DNA from: an uncultured delta proteobacterium
GTDB lineage: Bacteria > Desulfobacterota > Binatia > UBA9968
Reading direction: 5' to 3'
Assembly: GCA_963745035.1 (NCBI GenBank)
Contig: CAVUVW010000012.1
Coordinates: 15,501 to 79,500 of the forward strand
DNA length: 64,000 nt
A model generated the notes under the pieces. It had not been told where the DNA came from. It was given only the letters and a program-made list of their open reading frames with translations, and ran no database searches. Every line of letters begins with the position of its first letter. The stretch's first letter is position 1. The position numbers and the translations under genes are program-made. Shown here piece by piece: positions 42,442 to 53,529 of this stretch.

Positions 42442-44982
42442 TCATCTCTCGCGCGCCACGTCACGCGCGTTTTTGTCGTCTCGCAGCGTCAAAAAACTCA
42501 CTTGGCGCAGGTGACCGTCCGGCGTCCACTCGGTAAACTCGCATTGCACTACTTTCTCGGGCCGTAGCCAGACGCAATTTTTCATCCCTTCTTTGGTCAG
42601 CGCCCACGGCGTGCGTTTTTTTTCCGGCAAATTGACGAACGGGCAAGCGTCGGTCTCCAACGGCTTCAATTGTTTCATGACTTCACGGCGCAGATTGGAA
42701 ACGAAGCCGTTCCTGACCTTGCCGACGTAGCGCAAATCACTTCCGTCATAATAGCCGACGACCAGCGCATCGAAGGGATTGCCGACGGTGTAGCCGCCGA
42801 TCACGAATTCCTGGCTTTTGTTGATCTTGTATTTGAGCCAGGCGCCGCTGCGCTTTCCCGGCTCATAGAGCGACTCTTTGCGCTTGGCGACGATGCCTTC
42901 GAGTCCGAACTCGCGGATGACGCGGGTCAACTCGGCCGGCGGCGCATCGAGGCTTTCCGACGCCGCAAGCGCAGAAGAATTTTTTTCTTCGGCGGCCAGC
43001 GCGTCCATCAACGCGGCGCGCCTCTGCTCGAGCGGCAGAGTGAGCAAACTCCGGCCGGCGACGATCAACGCGTCGAACGCATAAAAGCGCAGCGCCGACG
43101 CCTTGGCGCGATGATGCTGCAGCAGATTGAACGATATCCGGCCGCTTTCGTCGAGCGCGACGATTTCGCCGTCGAGCAAGGTGTCGGCGGGAAGCCGCTC
43201 GCACGCCGCGGCGATCCCGCGAAACTGCCTCGTGATGAGATGTCCGCGGCGCGACCAGAGCTTTACATCCGACCCTTGTTTTCCGGCGAGACAGCGATAG
43301 CCGTCGAGCTTGACCTCGTAAATCCATTCATCGCGGCTTTCAGGCAATGCTGCCGCGGCGCGCGCAAGCATCGGTTCGATAAACTTTACCTTGGCCTCAG
43401 GCAGCGAAGCCGAATGCAGTTGATCGGCGGCGTCCCGATTGCTGTGCCACACCGCATCGCGGGCGGCGGCGATCTCCGCCATAGCTCGGCCGGTGAGCGC
43501 GGAGGAGTCGTCGGTTTGCTGGCTCACCCGCGCCATCGACTCGCCGCCCTTGATCATGAACCAGGTATTGTCCTTGTCTTTGCCGCCGCGATCGTGGCCT
43601 TTTACCAGAATCCACTCGCCTTTCAGTTTTTTTCCATTCAAGTGGAAGTGGAGCTTGCCTTTCGGATAATCACCGTCCATCAGCTCATAGGTTCCGATGT
43701 CCCACACCATGACCGTGCCGCCGCCGTATTCGCCCTTGGGAATCACGCCTTCGAAATCCGCGTAGGCCATCGGGTGATCTTCGGTCGCCATTGCGAGGCG
43801 CCGTTCGCTGCGTTCGTAAGGCGGCCCCTTCGGCACCGCCCAGGACTTGAGCGTGCCTGCCATTTCCAGGCGAAAATCGTAATGTAGGCGAGTGGCCGCG
43901 TGCTTTTGGACGACAAAAAGATTGCCGCCTCCTGCGCGGCTCGATCGGGGCGCCGTCGGCGCCGGTTCCGGCGTTTTCGTGAAATCGCGCTTTTGTCGAT
44001 AGAGATCGAGCCCCTTGGATGGGCTCGGCGCCTTCATCAGCTTCAGGAACGGCTCCGGCAGTTTTTGTTTGAGTTTCAGCAGCGGAGCGAACACATCGCC
44101 GATCTTGCTGATTCTTTTGAGCGCGTCGCCGGGCGTGTAGAGAAGCGCGCCGGCGTCCCCTTTCTGCATCGCTGCGCGCAGCTCCTCCCACGTGATCGGC
44201 ATGGCGACGAACGGCCCGTCTTCTCTCGCCCGCAAGGAATAGACCGCCACGGTCGATTTGTGCTCCGAGTTCTGGCTCCAGTCGACGAAGACTTTCCCTC
44301 TGCGCTTCGCCTTGGCCATTTCGGAAACCACCAGCTCGGGATGCTCGCTCGCCAGCAGCTGCGCGACGCTGTTCGCAAACGGCTGGGTGGCCTCGTAGGT
44401 CACGGCGGTATTCAGTGGCACGTGCAGGTGGATGCCCTTGGAGCCGGAGACTTTGACGAAGCACTTGAGGCCCAGTCGGTCGAGCACGTCTTTCAGAATG
44501 AAAGCGACCTCGCCCGATCGCAAAATATCCGCGCCGTCTCCCGGATCGAGATCAAACACGATCATAGTGGGCCGCTCGATGTGCGGCACTCTCGCGAGAA
44601 ACGGATGCAGTTCGAGGTTCGCCAGGTTGGCCGACCAGATGAGACTCGGCAGGTCGTTGATTATAGTGTAATTTACGACGGCGCTGACGCTGGTGCGCGC
44701 GATCGCGAATGTCTTCATCCACTTCGGCGTGAACGACGGCGCGGCCTTTTCGTAGAAATGCTCGCCGGCGACTCCGTCCGGGAATCGTTTCATGGTAATC
44801 GGCCGATCTGTGAGATGAGGCAGGATGGTGCGCGCGATCGCGCTGTAGTAGTCGATGACCTGGCCTTTGGTAAAGCCGGTCTTCGGATACAAGATCTTGT
44901 CCAGGTTGGAAAGTGAGAGCTGCCGTCCGCCGATCGTTACCGGCGCCGCCACCCTAGTTTGCCGCGCCGTCATCTTGCGCAT
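42442..44982 (-). CDS. ligD: NHEJ DNA ligase D (POL-PE-LIG order)
   Basis: FDLDPG and SGSKGIH (POL); HAATRLHYDFRLE (PE); YEVKLDGYR and EGIVAK (LIG). Confidence 0.95.
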   Translation of the reverse strand: MRKMTARQTRVAAPVTIGGRQLSLSNLDKILYPKTGFTKGQVIDYYSAIARTILPHLTDRPITMKRFPDGVAGEHFYEKAAPSFTPKWMKTFAIARTSVSAVVNYTIINDLPSLIWSANLANLELHPFLARVPHIERPTMIVFDLDPGDGADILRSGEVAFILKDVLDRLGLKCFVKVSGSKGIHLHVPLNTAVTYEATQPFANSVAQLLASEHPELVVSEMAKAKRRGKVFVDWSQNSEHKSTVAVYSLRAREDGPFVAMPITWEELRAAMQKGDAGALLYTPGDALKRISKIGDVFAPLLKLKQKLPEPFLKLMKAPSPSKGLDLYRQKRDFTKTPEPAPTAPRSSRAGGGNLFVVQKHAATRLHYDFRLEMAGTLKSWAVPKGPPYERSERRLAMATEDHPMAYADFEGVIPKGEYGGGTVMVWDIGTYELMDGDYPKGKLHFHLNGKKLKGEWILVKGHDRGGKDKDNTWFMIKGGESMARVSQQTDDSSALTGRAMAEIAAARDAVWHSNRDAADQLHSASLPEAKVKFIEPMLARAAAALPESRDEWIYEVKLDGYRCLAGKQGSDVKLWSRRGHLITRQFRGIAAACERLPADTLLDGEIVALDESGRISFNLLQHHRAKASALRFYAFDALIVAGRSLLTLPLEQRRAALMDALAAEEKNSSALAASESLDAPPAELTRVIREFGLEGIVAKRKESLYEPGKRSGAWLKYKINKSQEFVIGGYTVGNPFDALVVGYYDGSDLRYVGKVRNGFVSNLRREVMKQLKPLETDACPFVNLPEKKRTPWALTKEGMKNCVWLRPEKVVQCEFTEWTPDGHLRQVSFLTLRDDKNARDVARER

Positions 44983-45151
44983 ACGGAGGGTAACGCCACT
45001 GAAACGTAGCGCAGCACTGTGGCCGCCAAGCTGGTTTGTGTCAAAGCCTTGCACAGCGAAAATCTCGATCGAGCTCCTCGTTGATCCCCCGAGCCTCTCA
45101 CTTCAAGATAATCGGTGCGCCAGCGGAAAGCCACCGCCTGTGGAAGCCTAA

Positions 45152-45496
45152 TTATTTCACAATCTTTAGCCGCATTACTTGAAGCGCGGCCCGAGCTCTT
45201 AGCTCGGGCGTCGCCCAGTCTGGCGGGAGGTTCTTGGTCTTGGCGATTCTCGTGAGCTCCTTGGCATACTGCGTTGCTCTGCTCAACTGCTTCATTCTTT
45301 GATCGATCGCATAACCTTGCCCGGCGTCGCGCGCATAGTCTGGTACCTTCGCTGAACGCCAGCGCCCCAACTTGTCTTGCTTCTTGCCGACGAGCCCGCC
45401 CGCCACTTTGCGCACGTCTTTCCAACCGAAGACTTTCTCTGCGACCGCGGCGCTCAGATCGAAATCGCGTAGTCGTTTGTCAGCGGCCTTAGCCAT
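45152..45496 (-). CDS. BC1872/phage ABA-sandwich-like protein
   Basis: DLSAAVAEKVFGW ... VPDYA; family assignment from memory. Confidence 0.6.
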   Translation of the reverse strand: MAKAADKRLRDFDLSAAVAEKVFGWKDVRKVAGGLVGKKQDKLGRWRSAKVPDYARDAGQGYAIDQRMKQLSRATQYAKELTRIAKTKNLPPDWATPELRARAALQVMRLKIVK

Positions 45497-45697
45497 CTTT
45501 CGGTAATGCAGCTTTCACAATTACAGTTTAATGAGCTTCGCCGACGCGTGCTTTCTTCGTAGATGCTCACGGAAAATTCCTCCTCCGGCAGAGGGAAAAT
45601 TCATCCGCCGCGAGGTTTGTACGTCGAGAACCCCGACCTCAGATTGATAACTCTCGCAAAATAGTAAAGTTTTTTCCAGCCAAATTCTCCTCGCTGC

Positions 45698-45712
45698 TGG
45701 CATTGGTCTTGC
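45698..45712 (+). promoter_or_regulatory. sigma54 promoter
   Basis: TGGCAT-TGGTC-TTGC upstream of 45746. Confidence 0.78.
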
Positions 45713-45745
45713 CGACTTGTTAGTCGAGCGGCGTGCAGGTGGAAA

Positions 45746-46030
45746 ATGAAACTTCGTCAATATGTCCGCAGATTTCTTCGCGAGTGGCCTCCCGTATGGA
45801 CGGGCATGGGACGCGACAGGAAGCTTCTCAGGGGTGAAGTCGGTGTGCTCACGGACGCTTATTCTAACAATCAAGCGGAAAGCGCGATTTTTGTCGTGAT
45901 TCGGTTTCGCGCTGAAAAATTCATCGGCGCGCTCTTATTCACGGACTGCTCCTGTCGCACACGCATCCTGTCCTTGCTTCAAGCGAATGCCGGACGCTCA
46001 ATTCGAGAGATCGGCGACCTGGAGGTCTGA
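45746..46030 (+). CDS. Small hypothetical protein
   Basis: AGGTGG RBS; WPPVW and GRSIREIGDLEV. Confidence 0.7.
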   Translation: MKLRQYVRRFLREWPPVWTGMGRDRKLLRGEVGVLTDAYSNNQAESAIFVVIRFRAEKFIGALLFTDCSCRTRILSLLQANAGRSIREIGDLEV

Positions 46031-46110
46031 GCCTGGACGTAGATATGATTTTCACCGACAGTGACGCCAGCTTACATCGAAAATACTCAACGAAAATAGT
46101 CGATTGGGAC

Positions 46111-46125
46111 GGGCATAGGGCTTGC
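46111..46125 (+). promoter_or_regulatory. sigma54 promoter
   Basis: GGGCAT-AGGGC-TTGC upstream of 46170. Confidence 0.65.
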
Positions 46126-46169
46126 TCATTCTTATAGTAGTAGATACAAACGAAACCATAGGAGGGTCT

Positions 46170-46634
46170 ATGGAACGAATTCACAAATCGATTGAAGTAG
46201 ATTGCCCCCTCAGCCATGTCTACAATCAATGGACGCAGTTTGAAGAATTTCCCAGATTCATGGAAGGGGTCAAGGAAGTCCGCCAGTTAGACGATCAGCG
46301 GCTTCATTGGCGGGCCAGCATCGGCGGCAAAGAAAAAGAATGGACCGCCAAGATCATCGAGCAAGTCCCCGATCATCGCATCGCATGGAAATCCGAGTCT
46401 GGCGAGTACACGTCAGGGCAGGTAGATTTCGCGAGACTGGGAACTGACCGGACCAAGGTCGCGTTAGAAATTTCCTACGATCCTAAAGGATTTGTTGAAA
46501 ATACCGGCGATGCACTCGGCCTGGTCTCCAGACGCGTCGAAAATGATCTGGAGCACTTCAAAGAATTCATCGAGCACCGCGGTCAGGAAACTGGGGCGTG
46601 GCGCGGCACGATCAGGGAAGGGTCCACTTCTTAG
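46170..46634 (+). CDS. SRPBCC/polyketide cyclase family protein
   Basis: YNQWTQFEEFPRFMEGV, ETGAWRG. Confidence 0.92.
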   Translation: MERIHKSIEVDCPLSHVYNQWTQFEEFPRFMEGVKEVRQLDDQRLHWRASIGGKEKEWTAKIIEQVPDHRIAWKSESGEYTSGQVDFARLGTDRTKVALEISYDPKGFVENTGDALGLVSRRVENDLEHFKEFIEHRGQETGAWRGTIREGSTS

Positions 46635-46650
46635 AACAATTCGAGACGGA

Positions 46651-46675
46651 GGCGGAGGCGCTTTGCGCCTCCGCC
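46651..46675 (+). terminator. Perfect hairpin
   Basis: GGCGGAGGCGC-TTT-GCGCCTCCGCC. Confidence 0.55.
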
Positions 46676-46717
46676 ATCTAAACACACAATGATATTTTTT
46701 GCGTGAAGGAGTTATTT

Positions 46718-47149
46718 ATGGCGAGATATCAAAACATTGCCTGGACCGGATTACTGGCGGGCGCTCTGTTGATGCTGCCGCACGTCGGCGCGGCCGACGA
46801 TCGCCGACCCAACCGTCGAGCTCTCAAAAACGAGATCCAGCAGGAGCGACGGGAGCTTCGTGAGAGCCAGCGGGAGCTGGAACAAAATCGCGACGAGTTG
46901 AGGGATGACCGGCGGGAGTATCAACGGGATCGCCGGGCAAAAGCCAGCAAAGAGGAGCTCGCCCGGGATAAAGCGGAAATCCGCGAGTCCCGCGAAAACT
47001 TACGGAACAGCCGTCGTGAGGTGGAGGAGAATCAACGCGACCTTAACCAGGATCTCAACAGATACGAGCGGCGCTACGGCGATCGGGATCGCTATAATCG
47101 AGATCGTTACAGTTGGCGGGAATACGATCGAGGACCCAGCTGGTGGTAA
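46718..47149 (+). CDS. Secreted charged coiled-coil protein
   Basis: Signal peptide followed by R/E/D-rich repeats; AAGGAG RBS. Confidence 0.75.
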   Translation: MARYQNIAWTGLLAGALLMLPHVGAADDRRPNRRALKNEIQQERRELRESQRELEQNRDELRDDRREYQRDRRAKASKEELARDKAEIRESRENLRNSRREVEENQRDLNQDLNRYERRYGDRDRYNRDRYSWREYDRGPSWW

Positions 47150-48191
47150 GTTCCTACCCGGGCCCTCTGAGACTTACGCCGAAGAATCGCCCGGAGCTTC
47201 TCGCATTTGGATAATACTAGGCGACGTTTCATCAGCTCGTCGTCAGTCGGCGAGCTGATGCATTGTAGGGGTTCGGTAAAACCGATGTTTCAAGGTTTGA
47301 AGTTGATACACTTACATCCTTGGTCGACCTGGTCCCCGCCCCCGCCTGCAGCGTTGGAACGCGGACTCCCCAAATGTGACGCATATCTAGACTAGTTTTC
47401 CTACATCCCTGCATCCCAGACACAGTTTCCCTTCCCTAAACCCGATAAATCGTGGTTAAGCCGGAGTGTTTTTGTCTGAGCCAAAAGCCCGCCGGCATAG
47501 AGATCCTCAACTGAAGGCTTACTTTAAAATTTAGCTCAACAGCGCGGCTTGAGAAGTCGCTGAACTTCTGAGGTTTTCCAGTTCGGCCAAACATTGCTGG
47601 TACAAAGGCTCCGACCTTTGCCGGAAAATCTACATCCTGTTGCAAAAGAGCATCGGCAAACCGATAGGTGAGATAGGACAACTTGAGTTGCCGTACGACC
47701 CTAGCGAGACTGTAACGTCTTAAGAAATCTTTTGCGTTTGGCTTTCCGAGCGGCACATGCTAAATAATCAGGATTTTCCAACTCGGAGGCCACGTGAATC
47801 GGACGGAAATCGAATCTCGCATTTGGGGGAAGACTATTGCGTCTGCCCGGACGCATGGGCTTATTTCGGAGCAGGAAGCGCAATTTTTGGTAGAGCAGTA
47901 CCTTCAGGAGTTTAGGGAGAAGAACGGCTGGGACGGGAAAGCTTATATTCAGCCGAGGATTTTTTGATCGTTGTGTGTTTCGGCGTGTGATATGGCACCT
48001 GCATTCAAGCGTGCTCTTCTTATTTTCTTCTTCGGTGACCTTCTCTTCAGCTTGTTTATTTTTATCTTCATTCATTGGTTAAAATTCGAAATCATGCTTT
48101 TCCACAAAAATATTTATTCTTCTGGCTATAATATGCTCCTTGTACTAAGGAATTTCCTCCAGGGTTTCGAAAATGTACTCCCGGCATTTTT

Positions 48192-48416
48192 CTAGCGCTC
48201 TTCATCTAACGTGCGCAGACCCACCGGCAGATTACCCTCCTTCTGGAGCTGCGTTAGCTCCGCCTTAGCTCTTTCCCAGTATTCAGCGTCCCGCCCTTCA
48301 GGCTGTCCGTCATTTTTCCAGATGTAATAAGCCGCGATGGAAATCCACTCGTCGGGAAAACTCTGCTCTCCTTGAGAGCTGGAACCCATCGGTTGGTCTC
48401 CCGTAAAATCCACCAT
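48192..48416 (-). CDS. DUF2934 domain protein
   Basis: ISIAAYYIWKNDGQPEGRDAEYWERAKAEL; AGGAGG RBS (alternative start 48485). Confidence 0.85.
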   Translation of the reverse strand: MVDFTGDQPMGSSSQGEQSFPDEWISIAAYYIWKNDGQPEGRDAEYWERAKAELTQLQKEGNLPVGLRTLDEER

Positions 48417-49005
48417 TGTATTATCCTCCTTCGCGCGCACTTTTTGTGGCCTTCGCTTTTTTTGACTTTTCTCGTTTTGTTCCACTGCAGAAATCTCCTT
48501 TCGAACAGCTTAACAGCTTAATCAATCGGCTTTAAGAACCTGAAGAAATTCTTGTGGCGTTTTGCCTTCGGCGAAATGGTCGATGAGGCGGTGCCGCCCG
48601 TCATCTTGATGCATCATTAAAAAAATTAACCATCTCCCCCTCTCTCGCAGCGTTCTCATAAACCCTCGTCACATCCACGGGCTCTTTATTCAAAAACTTT
48701 TTGATCGTTTTCGTCACGTTCTTCCACTCCGGCGCGATTGCGCGAGGCGGCAGGCTTCTATAAAGGCGAGGATTTGGATCAGGGCAGGGGTTGATGGGCT
48801 CATTTGCAGTTGCTCATAGGTCTATCGCAACATCATCAATCGAATAAGCGAGAATGCCGACGCCTTTATCCGCGCGGACGCGGTTAGAAGAAATTGCGGG
48901 TGGGATTAAAGGTCGCAGAAAATTTATCTGCCTCCAACGGAAACCCCTTGAATCGGCGGTTTCTTGAAATAAGATGGGATACGCCGAAAGTCTTAGGAGT
49001 GGTCC

Positions 49006-49188
49006 ATGGAAAAAGAATACAGACGGCAGATCACCGCCGCGACTTGGCACTCATGCTCGAATTGCTCGCAATGGCCAACCGAGAATTATCTGACGTTGAG
49101 GGAAGAGCCGCGGACGCACCAGATGTGCAACGAATGTCTCTGCAAGGAGAAGCAGAACAACTGCGGTGGATCTCCAACCGAGTCGTGA
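49006..49188 (+). CDS. Small Cys/His-rich putative zinc-binding protein
   Basis: AGGAG RBS; WHSCSNCSQWP..CNEC. Confidence 0.7.
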   Translation: MEKEYRRQITAATWHSCSNCSQWPTENYLTLREEPRTHQMCNECLCKEKQNNCGGSPTES

Positions 49189-49771
49189 GAAATGTTCAAA
49201 ACCCCATTGACCTCATCGCCTGACTGTCATACGGGGTTAACTATGGACAAGCAGGCTCGCGCAGATTTGCTGGCGCAGCTCAAATTTTCCACTGACCTTT
49301 GGAAAAAATCCGAGGCCCTCCGGCGCCGGAGCGAGCAGCTTCGGAACTTCTCTCATAACGTCATGCGGTCGGCTAAGGAACTACGATCCACAATAAAAAA
49401 ACCGCCTCAAATGCTTGTGGCATTTCTGACACACGCTTTTTCGTTGAATTAGAACAGCAAAATTAGTCTACTCGCGTCGTGAAACTTCGCGGCCATCCAT
49501 TAATGAACCGGCACGGTGCCTCGGCCTAGCCTCCCGTCGGACCAAGACCGCACCTCATACCAGCGAGACCGTTACTGGCGAAGTGGGCGTTCTCATCTAT
49601 GTGTATTCAAATGAGACCGTATCCGACAAATGCTATCCCATTATCGAATATGAAAACCAGACTTACATTGTTTGAAACACTGGTATTTTTGTCGTTTAAG
49701 AGTGCTTCGAGGTCCGGATTTCGTGCTTCGGATCTGCTCCCAAGCTTTCCGGCTTCGCGGCTCTGCGCACA

Positions 49772-50155
49772 TCACCGGCCCCGTGCTGCATCGACGCTCC
49801 AGATCCCCGAACTCTGGGTCGCCATGTATAAAAATATGAAGCAGAACAGCACCGCCGGCTCGCCGGCGTTTTCGAGGGGCCAAAAACTTTTCGGAAAATG
49901 GCCGATGAAATAAGCGACAGCCATTTCGCCGCTGGCGATGAAGGCCGCGATGGCGGTGAAAAGACCGATGGTAATAAGCAGGCCGAGAACTATTTCGATC
50001 ATTCCTGCCAGACCGAACAGCGAACCGAGCGGAACCGGCTGGCCGCCGAACCAGCCGAAGATTTTTTGCCCGCCGTGACACACGAACAACAACCCGGCGA
50101 TGATCCGCAATAGCGCGTAGGCATAGGGCGCAAACGGACCGAGAGTTTTTTCCAT
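49772..50155 (-). CDS. DoxX family membrane protein
   Basis: LLRIIAG, HGGQK, SGEMAVAYF, WSVD. Confidence 0.92.
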   Translation of the reverse strand: MEKTLGPFAPYAYALLRIIAGLLFVCHGGQKIFGWFGGQPVPLGSLFGLAGMIEIVLGLLITIGLFTAIAAFIASGEMAVAYFIGHFPKSFWPLENAGEPAVLFCFIFLYMATQSSGIWSVDAARGR

Positions 50156-50257
50156 AACGACCTCCTCAAAGATAGGGCGGAAGTTTGGGTTCGTTGACTG
50201 GTTCAATGGCTTCGGCCGCCAGGGCATGATTTGCCATATGGCCGCGACGCCGGGTTC

Positions 50258-52396
50258 TCACGAGAGTCGACCAGCGCTCCCGTTGCCGTCATGAGTAACG
50301 GGCAACATCCCGGTCTCCAGCGCCGGCGCGGGCGGCAGCCCCGTCACATCGAGGATCTCCTGCTCGTTGAGAGTTTCGCGCGCCACCAACGCTTCCGCGA
50401 GCGCGTCGAGTTGTTGGCGGTGCACGGTCAACAGGCGCTTGGCCTCTTCGTGGCTCTCGTTGATGATCCTGAGCACTTCGCTATCGATGGCTTCAGCCGT
50501 ATCCTCGCTAAATGGCCTCGAGCCTCCGTAACCGCCGGCGCCGCCAAGGTAGGGGTTATCCCGCGGCGCGAGCTGCACTAACCCGAGCCGGTCGCTCATG
50601 CCCCAGCGCGTGACCATCCGGCGGGCCAGCCCGGTGGCTTGCTCGATATCGCTTTCAGCGCCGGTCGTCTTGGTGCCGTAGACGATCTCCTCCGCCGCGC
50701 GACCTCCGAGCATTCCGACGATGCGCGCGCGTAGATAGGCTTCCGGATAATTGTAGCGGTCGCTGTCCGGACGCTGATAGGTTACGCCGAGAGCCTGCCC
50801 GCGCGGCACGATGGTCACCCGGTTTACCGGGTCGGCCCCAGGAACGACCAAACCGAGGATGGCGTGCCCGCCCTCGTGGTAGGCGATGCGCTCTTTGTCG
50901 GCGCGGGTCAAGAGAAGCGGGCGTTCCGGTCCAAGCACGATCTTCTCCAGCGCGTCCAGGAAATCCTTGTGACGGACCTCGTTCTGCTCGCGTCGCGCCG
51001 CCAGCAGCGCCGCCTCGTTGACCAAGTTCTTCAGGTCGGCGCCAGAGAACCCCGGCGTCGCGGCGGCGATCTCTTCTAAACTTGTGTCTTTCGCCAGCGG
51101 CACGCCTCGGGTGTGCACTGTGAGGATCGCCTCGCGTCCGGTCTTATCCGGCAGATTCACCACCACGCGACGGTCGAAGCGTCCCGGCCGCAAGAGCGCT
51201 TTGTCGAGGACGTCCGGCTGATTGGTCGCTGCCAGCACGATGATGCCTTCCCGGCTGGAGAAGCCGTCCATTTCGGTTAGAATCTGATTCAACGTCTGCT
51301 CCTGCTCGCTCGAGCCGCCGATCGCCACCTGCCCGCGCGCGCGGCCGATGGCGTCCAGCTCGTCGATGAAAACGATCGCGGGCGCGTGCTCGCGTGCTTG
51401 CTTGAAAAGATCCCGCACTCGTGCCGCGCCCACGCCGACGATCATTTCCACGAACTCCGCGGCGCTCATCGAGAAGAACGGCACGCCGGCCTCTCCCGCG
51501 ACCGCCTTTGCCAGCAATGTCTTTCCTGTGCCCGGCGCGCCCACCAGGAGCACGCCTTTCGGAGCGGCTCCGCCCAGGCGGGTGTACTTCTTGGGATCTC
51601 TGAGAAAATCGACGATCTCGACCAGCTCGTTCTCGGCTTCGTCGATGCCGGCAACATCATTGAAGGTGACCTTCGTATCTTTCTCCTGATCGTAGCGGCG
51701 CGCTTTGCTCTTGCCGATGCCCATGAGTCCGCCGCCGATCCCGCCGCCCTGCTGTGCCGCCCTCCGAAACATCCAGACGTAAAAACCAATGAGGAGCAGG
51801 GCCGGACCAAATCCGAAAAGGAGCGTCGCTAACGGGCTGCCGCCTTCTTCGATCGGTTTGGCGCTGATCTCCACGCCATTGTCGATCAAAAACGCTTCCA
51901 AGCCGGGGTCTACGAACGAGGGCAGCGTAGTCGTGAAGTTACTCGATGTTTTTGGAGGGCCGAGTCGCGCCGCACCGCGCTGGCCCTCCGTTTTGGGTTC
52001 GCCGCTGGGTGCCGCAGTCTTTTTGTCCACCGTTTGGCCGTCGCCACCCGGCGCGGCGCTCTTTTCTTCCACCACCGGGTAAGTAACCGGCGCTGCGAAG
52101 CGGCCCGTGATCGACTCACCCTGACTGTAGATCGCTTCGACGTTACCCTTGCCGGCTTCCTCCTTGAAGAGCGTATAAGGCACAATGAGCGGCGCTTCCG
52201 GACCCGGAAGAAAGAATCTCATCAGCAGGTAATTGGCGAGCAAAATGCCCAAGAACCACCACCAGGTTTTGCTTGGCGGCATCGTCGCCTGCCTGGTATC
52301 TTTCGCTTCTCCAGGCCTGCCGTCGGCTGGCTGGACACGTCCCGTCGGTCCGGAGTCACTGCGTCGTGTCTGCTGTGCGGTCGAACTCATGGTCAC
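50258..52396 (-). CDS. ftsH: ATP-dependent zinc metalloprotease FtsH
   Basis: Two TM segments, [26 protein letters not shown]. Confidence 0.96.
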   Translation of the reverse strand: MTMSSTAQQTRRSDSGPTGRVQPADGRPGEAKDTRQATMPPSKTWWWFLGILLANYLLMRFFLPGPEAPLIVPYTLFKEEAGKGNVEAIYSQGESITGRFAAPVTYPVVEEKSAAPGGDGQTVDKKTAAPSGEPKTEGQRGAARLGPPKTSSNFTTTLPSFVDPGLEAFLIDNGVEISAKPIEEGGSPLATLLFGFGPALLLIGFYVWMFRRAAQQGGGIGGGLMGIGKSKARRYDQEKDTKVTFNDVAGIDEAENELVEIVDFLRDPKKYTRLGGAAPKGVLLVGAPGTGKTLLAKAVAGEAGVPFFSMSAAEFVEMIVGVGAARVRDLFKQAREHAPAIVFIDELDAIGRARGQVAIGGSSEQEQTLNQILTEMDGFSSREGIIVLAATNQPDVLDKALLRPGRFDRRVVVNLPDKTGREAILTVHTRGVPLAKDTSLEEIAAATPGFSGADLKNLVNEAALLAARREQNEVRHKDFLDALEKIVLGPERPLLLTRADKERIAYHEGGHAILGLVVPGADPVNRVTIVPRGQALGVTYQRPDSDRYNYPEAYLRARIVGMLGGRAAEEIVYGTKTTGAESDIEQATGLARRMVTRWGMSDRLGLVQLAPRDNPYLGGAGGYGGSRPFSEDTAEAIDSEVLRIINESHEEAKRLLTVHRQQLDALAEALVARETLNEQEILDVTGLPPAPALETGMLPVTHDGNGSAGRLS

Positions 52397-52606
52397 CTCT
52401 TCGGGCGCGGCCTGATCGTGGCGGTGTGCAGGGGAATATCCAGTTCACCACTATCACCTGCACTTTCTCGCAACAAGATAGATTGACGATCCACTGTTCC
52501 GTTTTGATTAGCACCAGCATTTGGCTGCTCGCACATGATTGAGAAAAGTTCATCACGTAGCTTGATTGGTCAGCTATGATTATACGTTGAAGAAGGAGGT
52601 CCACTT

Positions 52607-52815
52607 ATGAAAGGTTACGTAACAAACATCGAAGACGATACGCCAAAAACCAGGATTTCATGCGCTGTTATATATACGAGAAAAACCCCAGCTCGTTTTG
52701 ATGAGCCTTCGACCCAAGAGGAGATCGGCGAGGAGACTCACACGTTGGATCAGTTCATCCGGGTGGAAACCGGAGATGGCGTTGTGATTCTCGACGGCGT
52801 GAAGCATCAGATTTC
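52607..52815 (+). pseudogene. Cupin-domain protein fragment
   Basis: MKGYVTNIE..EEIGEETHTLDQFIRVE; frameshifted and missing the second cupin motif. Confidence 0.65.
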
Positions 52816-52953
52816 TTTGAAAGTCAGCACGCAAAGAGTTTCACCGTGTCGCAGTCCGGATTATTCACGCGACGCTTTTTAGAACTATTGCATGAAGACC
52901 GAAAAAGAGAAGATGCTCGGTCATTGAGAATGGCGGCAACTCACTTTGAGGAG

Positions 52954-53259
52954 ATGGCCATGCACCCAAATCCAACGAGCTCCGACGTTCACACTTCCAG
53001 CCCGGAGGCAGGACTGCGTCGCGTGTTAGGAGGCATGTCTGTTTTCACCCTGCTGATGACCATTCCACAGGTCCTGACCATATGGGTTGGGCATCAAGCG
53101 GCCGGGGTGTCTATATTTACCTGGAGCGCCTATCTGCTTTCCGCCATCCTGTGGTTCTGGTACGGAATACAGAAGCAAGACAAGAACATCTATTTGCCAT
53201 GCATTGGCTGGATCGCGTTGGATATCGCTGTGATTGTGGGAGTTATCATCTATGGATAA
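52954..53259 (+). CDS. PQ-loop/SemiSWEET-like 3-TM protein
   Basis: TIPQV, AAGVS, LWFWYG. Confidence 0.7.
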   Translation: MAMHPNPTSSDVHTSSPEAGLRRVLGGMSVFTLLMTIPQVLTIWVGHQAAGVSIFTWSAYLLSAILWFWYGIQKQDKNIYLPCIGWIALDIAVIVGVIIYG

Positions 53260-53529
53260 CAGCAAGCGCTTTAACAGAACCCGCGCGCTGCAGAGCGCGC
53301 CCGCCGGAATGCGAGCATATCAAAAGTGCACTCTCCGCTACCTCACAGTAAAGAAGAGAGAACCCTTGCGACCGAATCCCTGAGCGGCTAGCGGCACCGC
53401 GCTTCTGATCCGAATCCCACCAAGCTTTGAAGGAGAACTTTTTCAGTCCGAGTAGTGCTGAGCAGGGCTCGCTACTTTGACACCGGAAACTTCAGCCCTA
53501 ATGGAAATTTTTCGAAGAAAGGCGTATTT

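Noticed and set aside
47436-48075. Two overlapping minus-strand ORFs
   Set aside because: No recognisable family; cannot separate a frameshifted gene from spurious ORFs.
49700-49740. TTCGGAT/TTCGTGC heptamer-like repeat
   Set aside because: Only 2-3 degenerate units and no associated gene.
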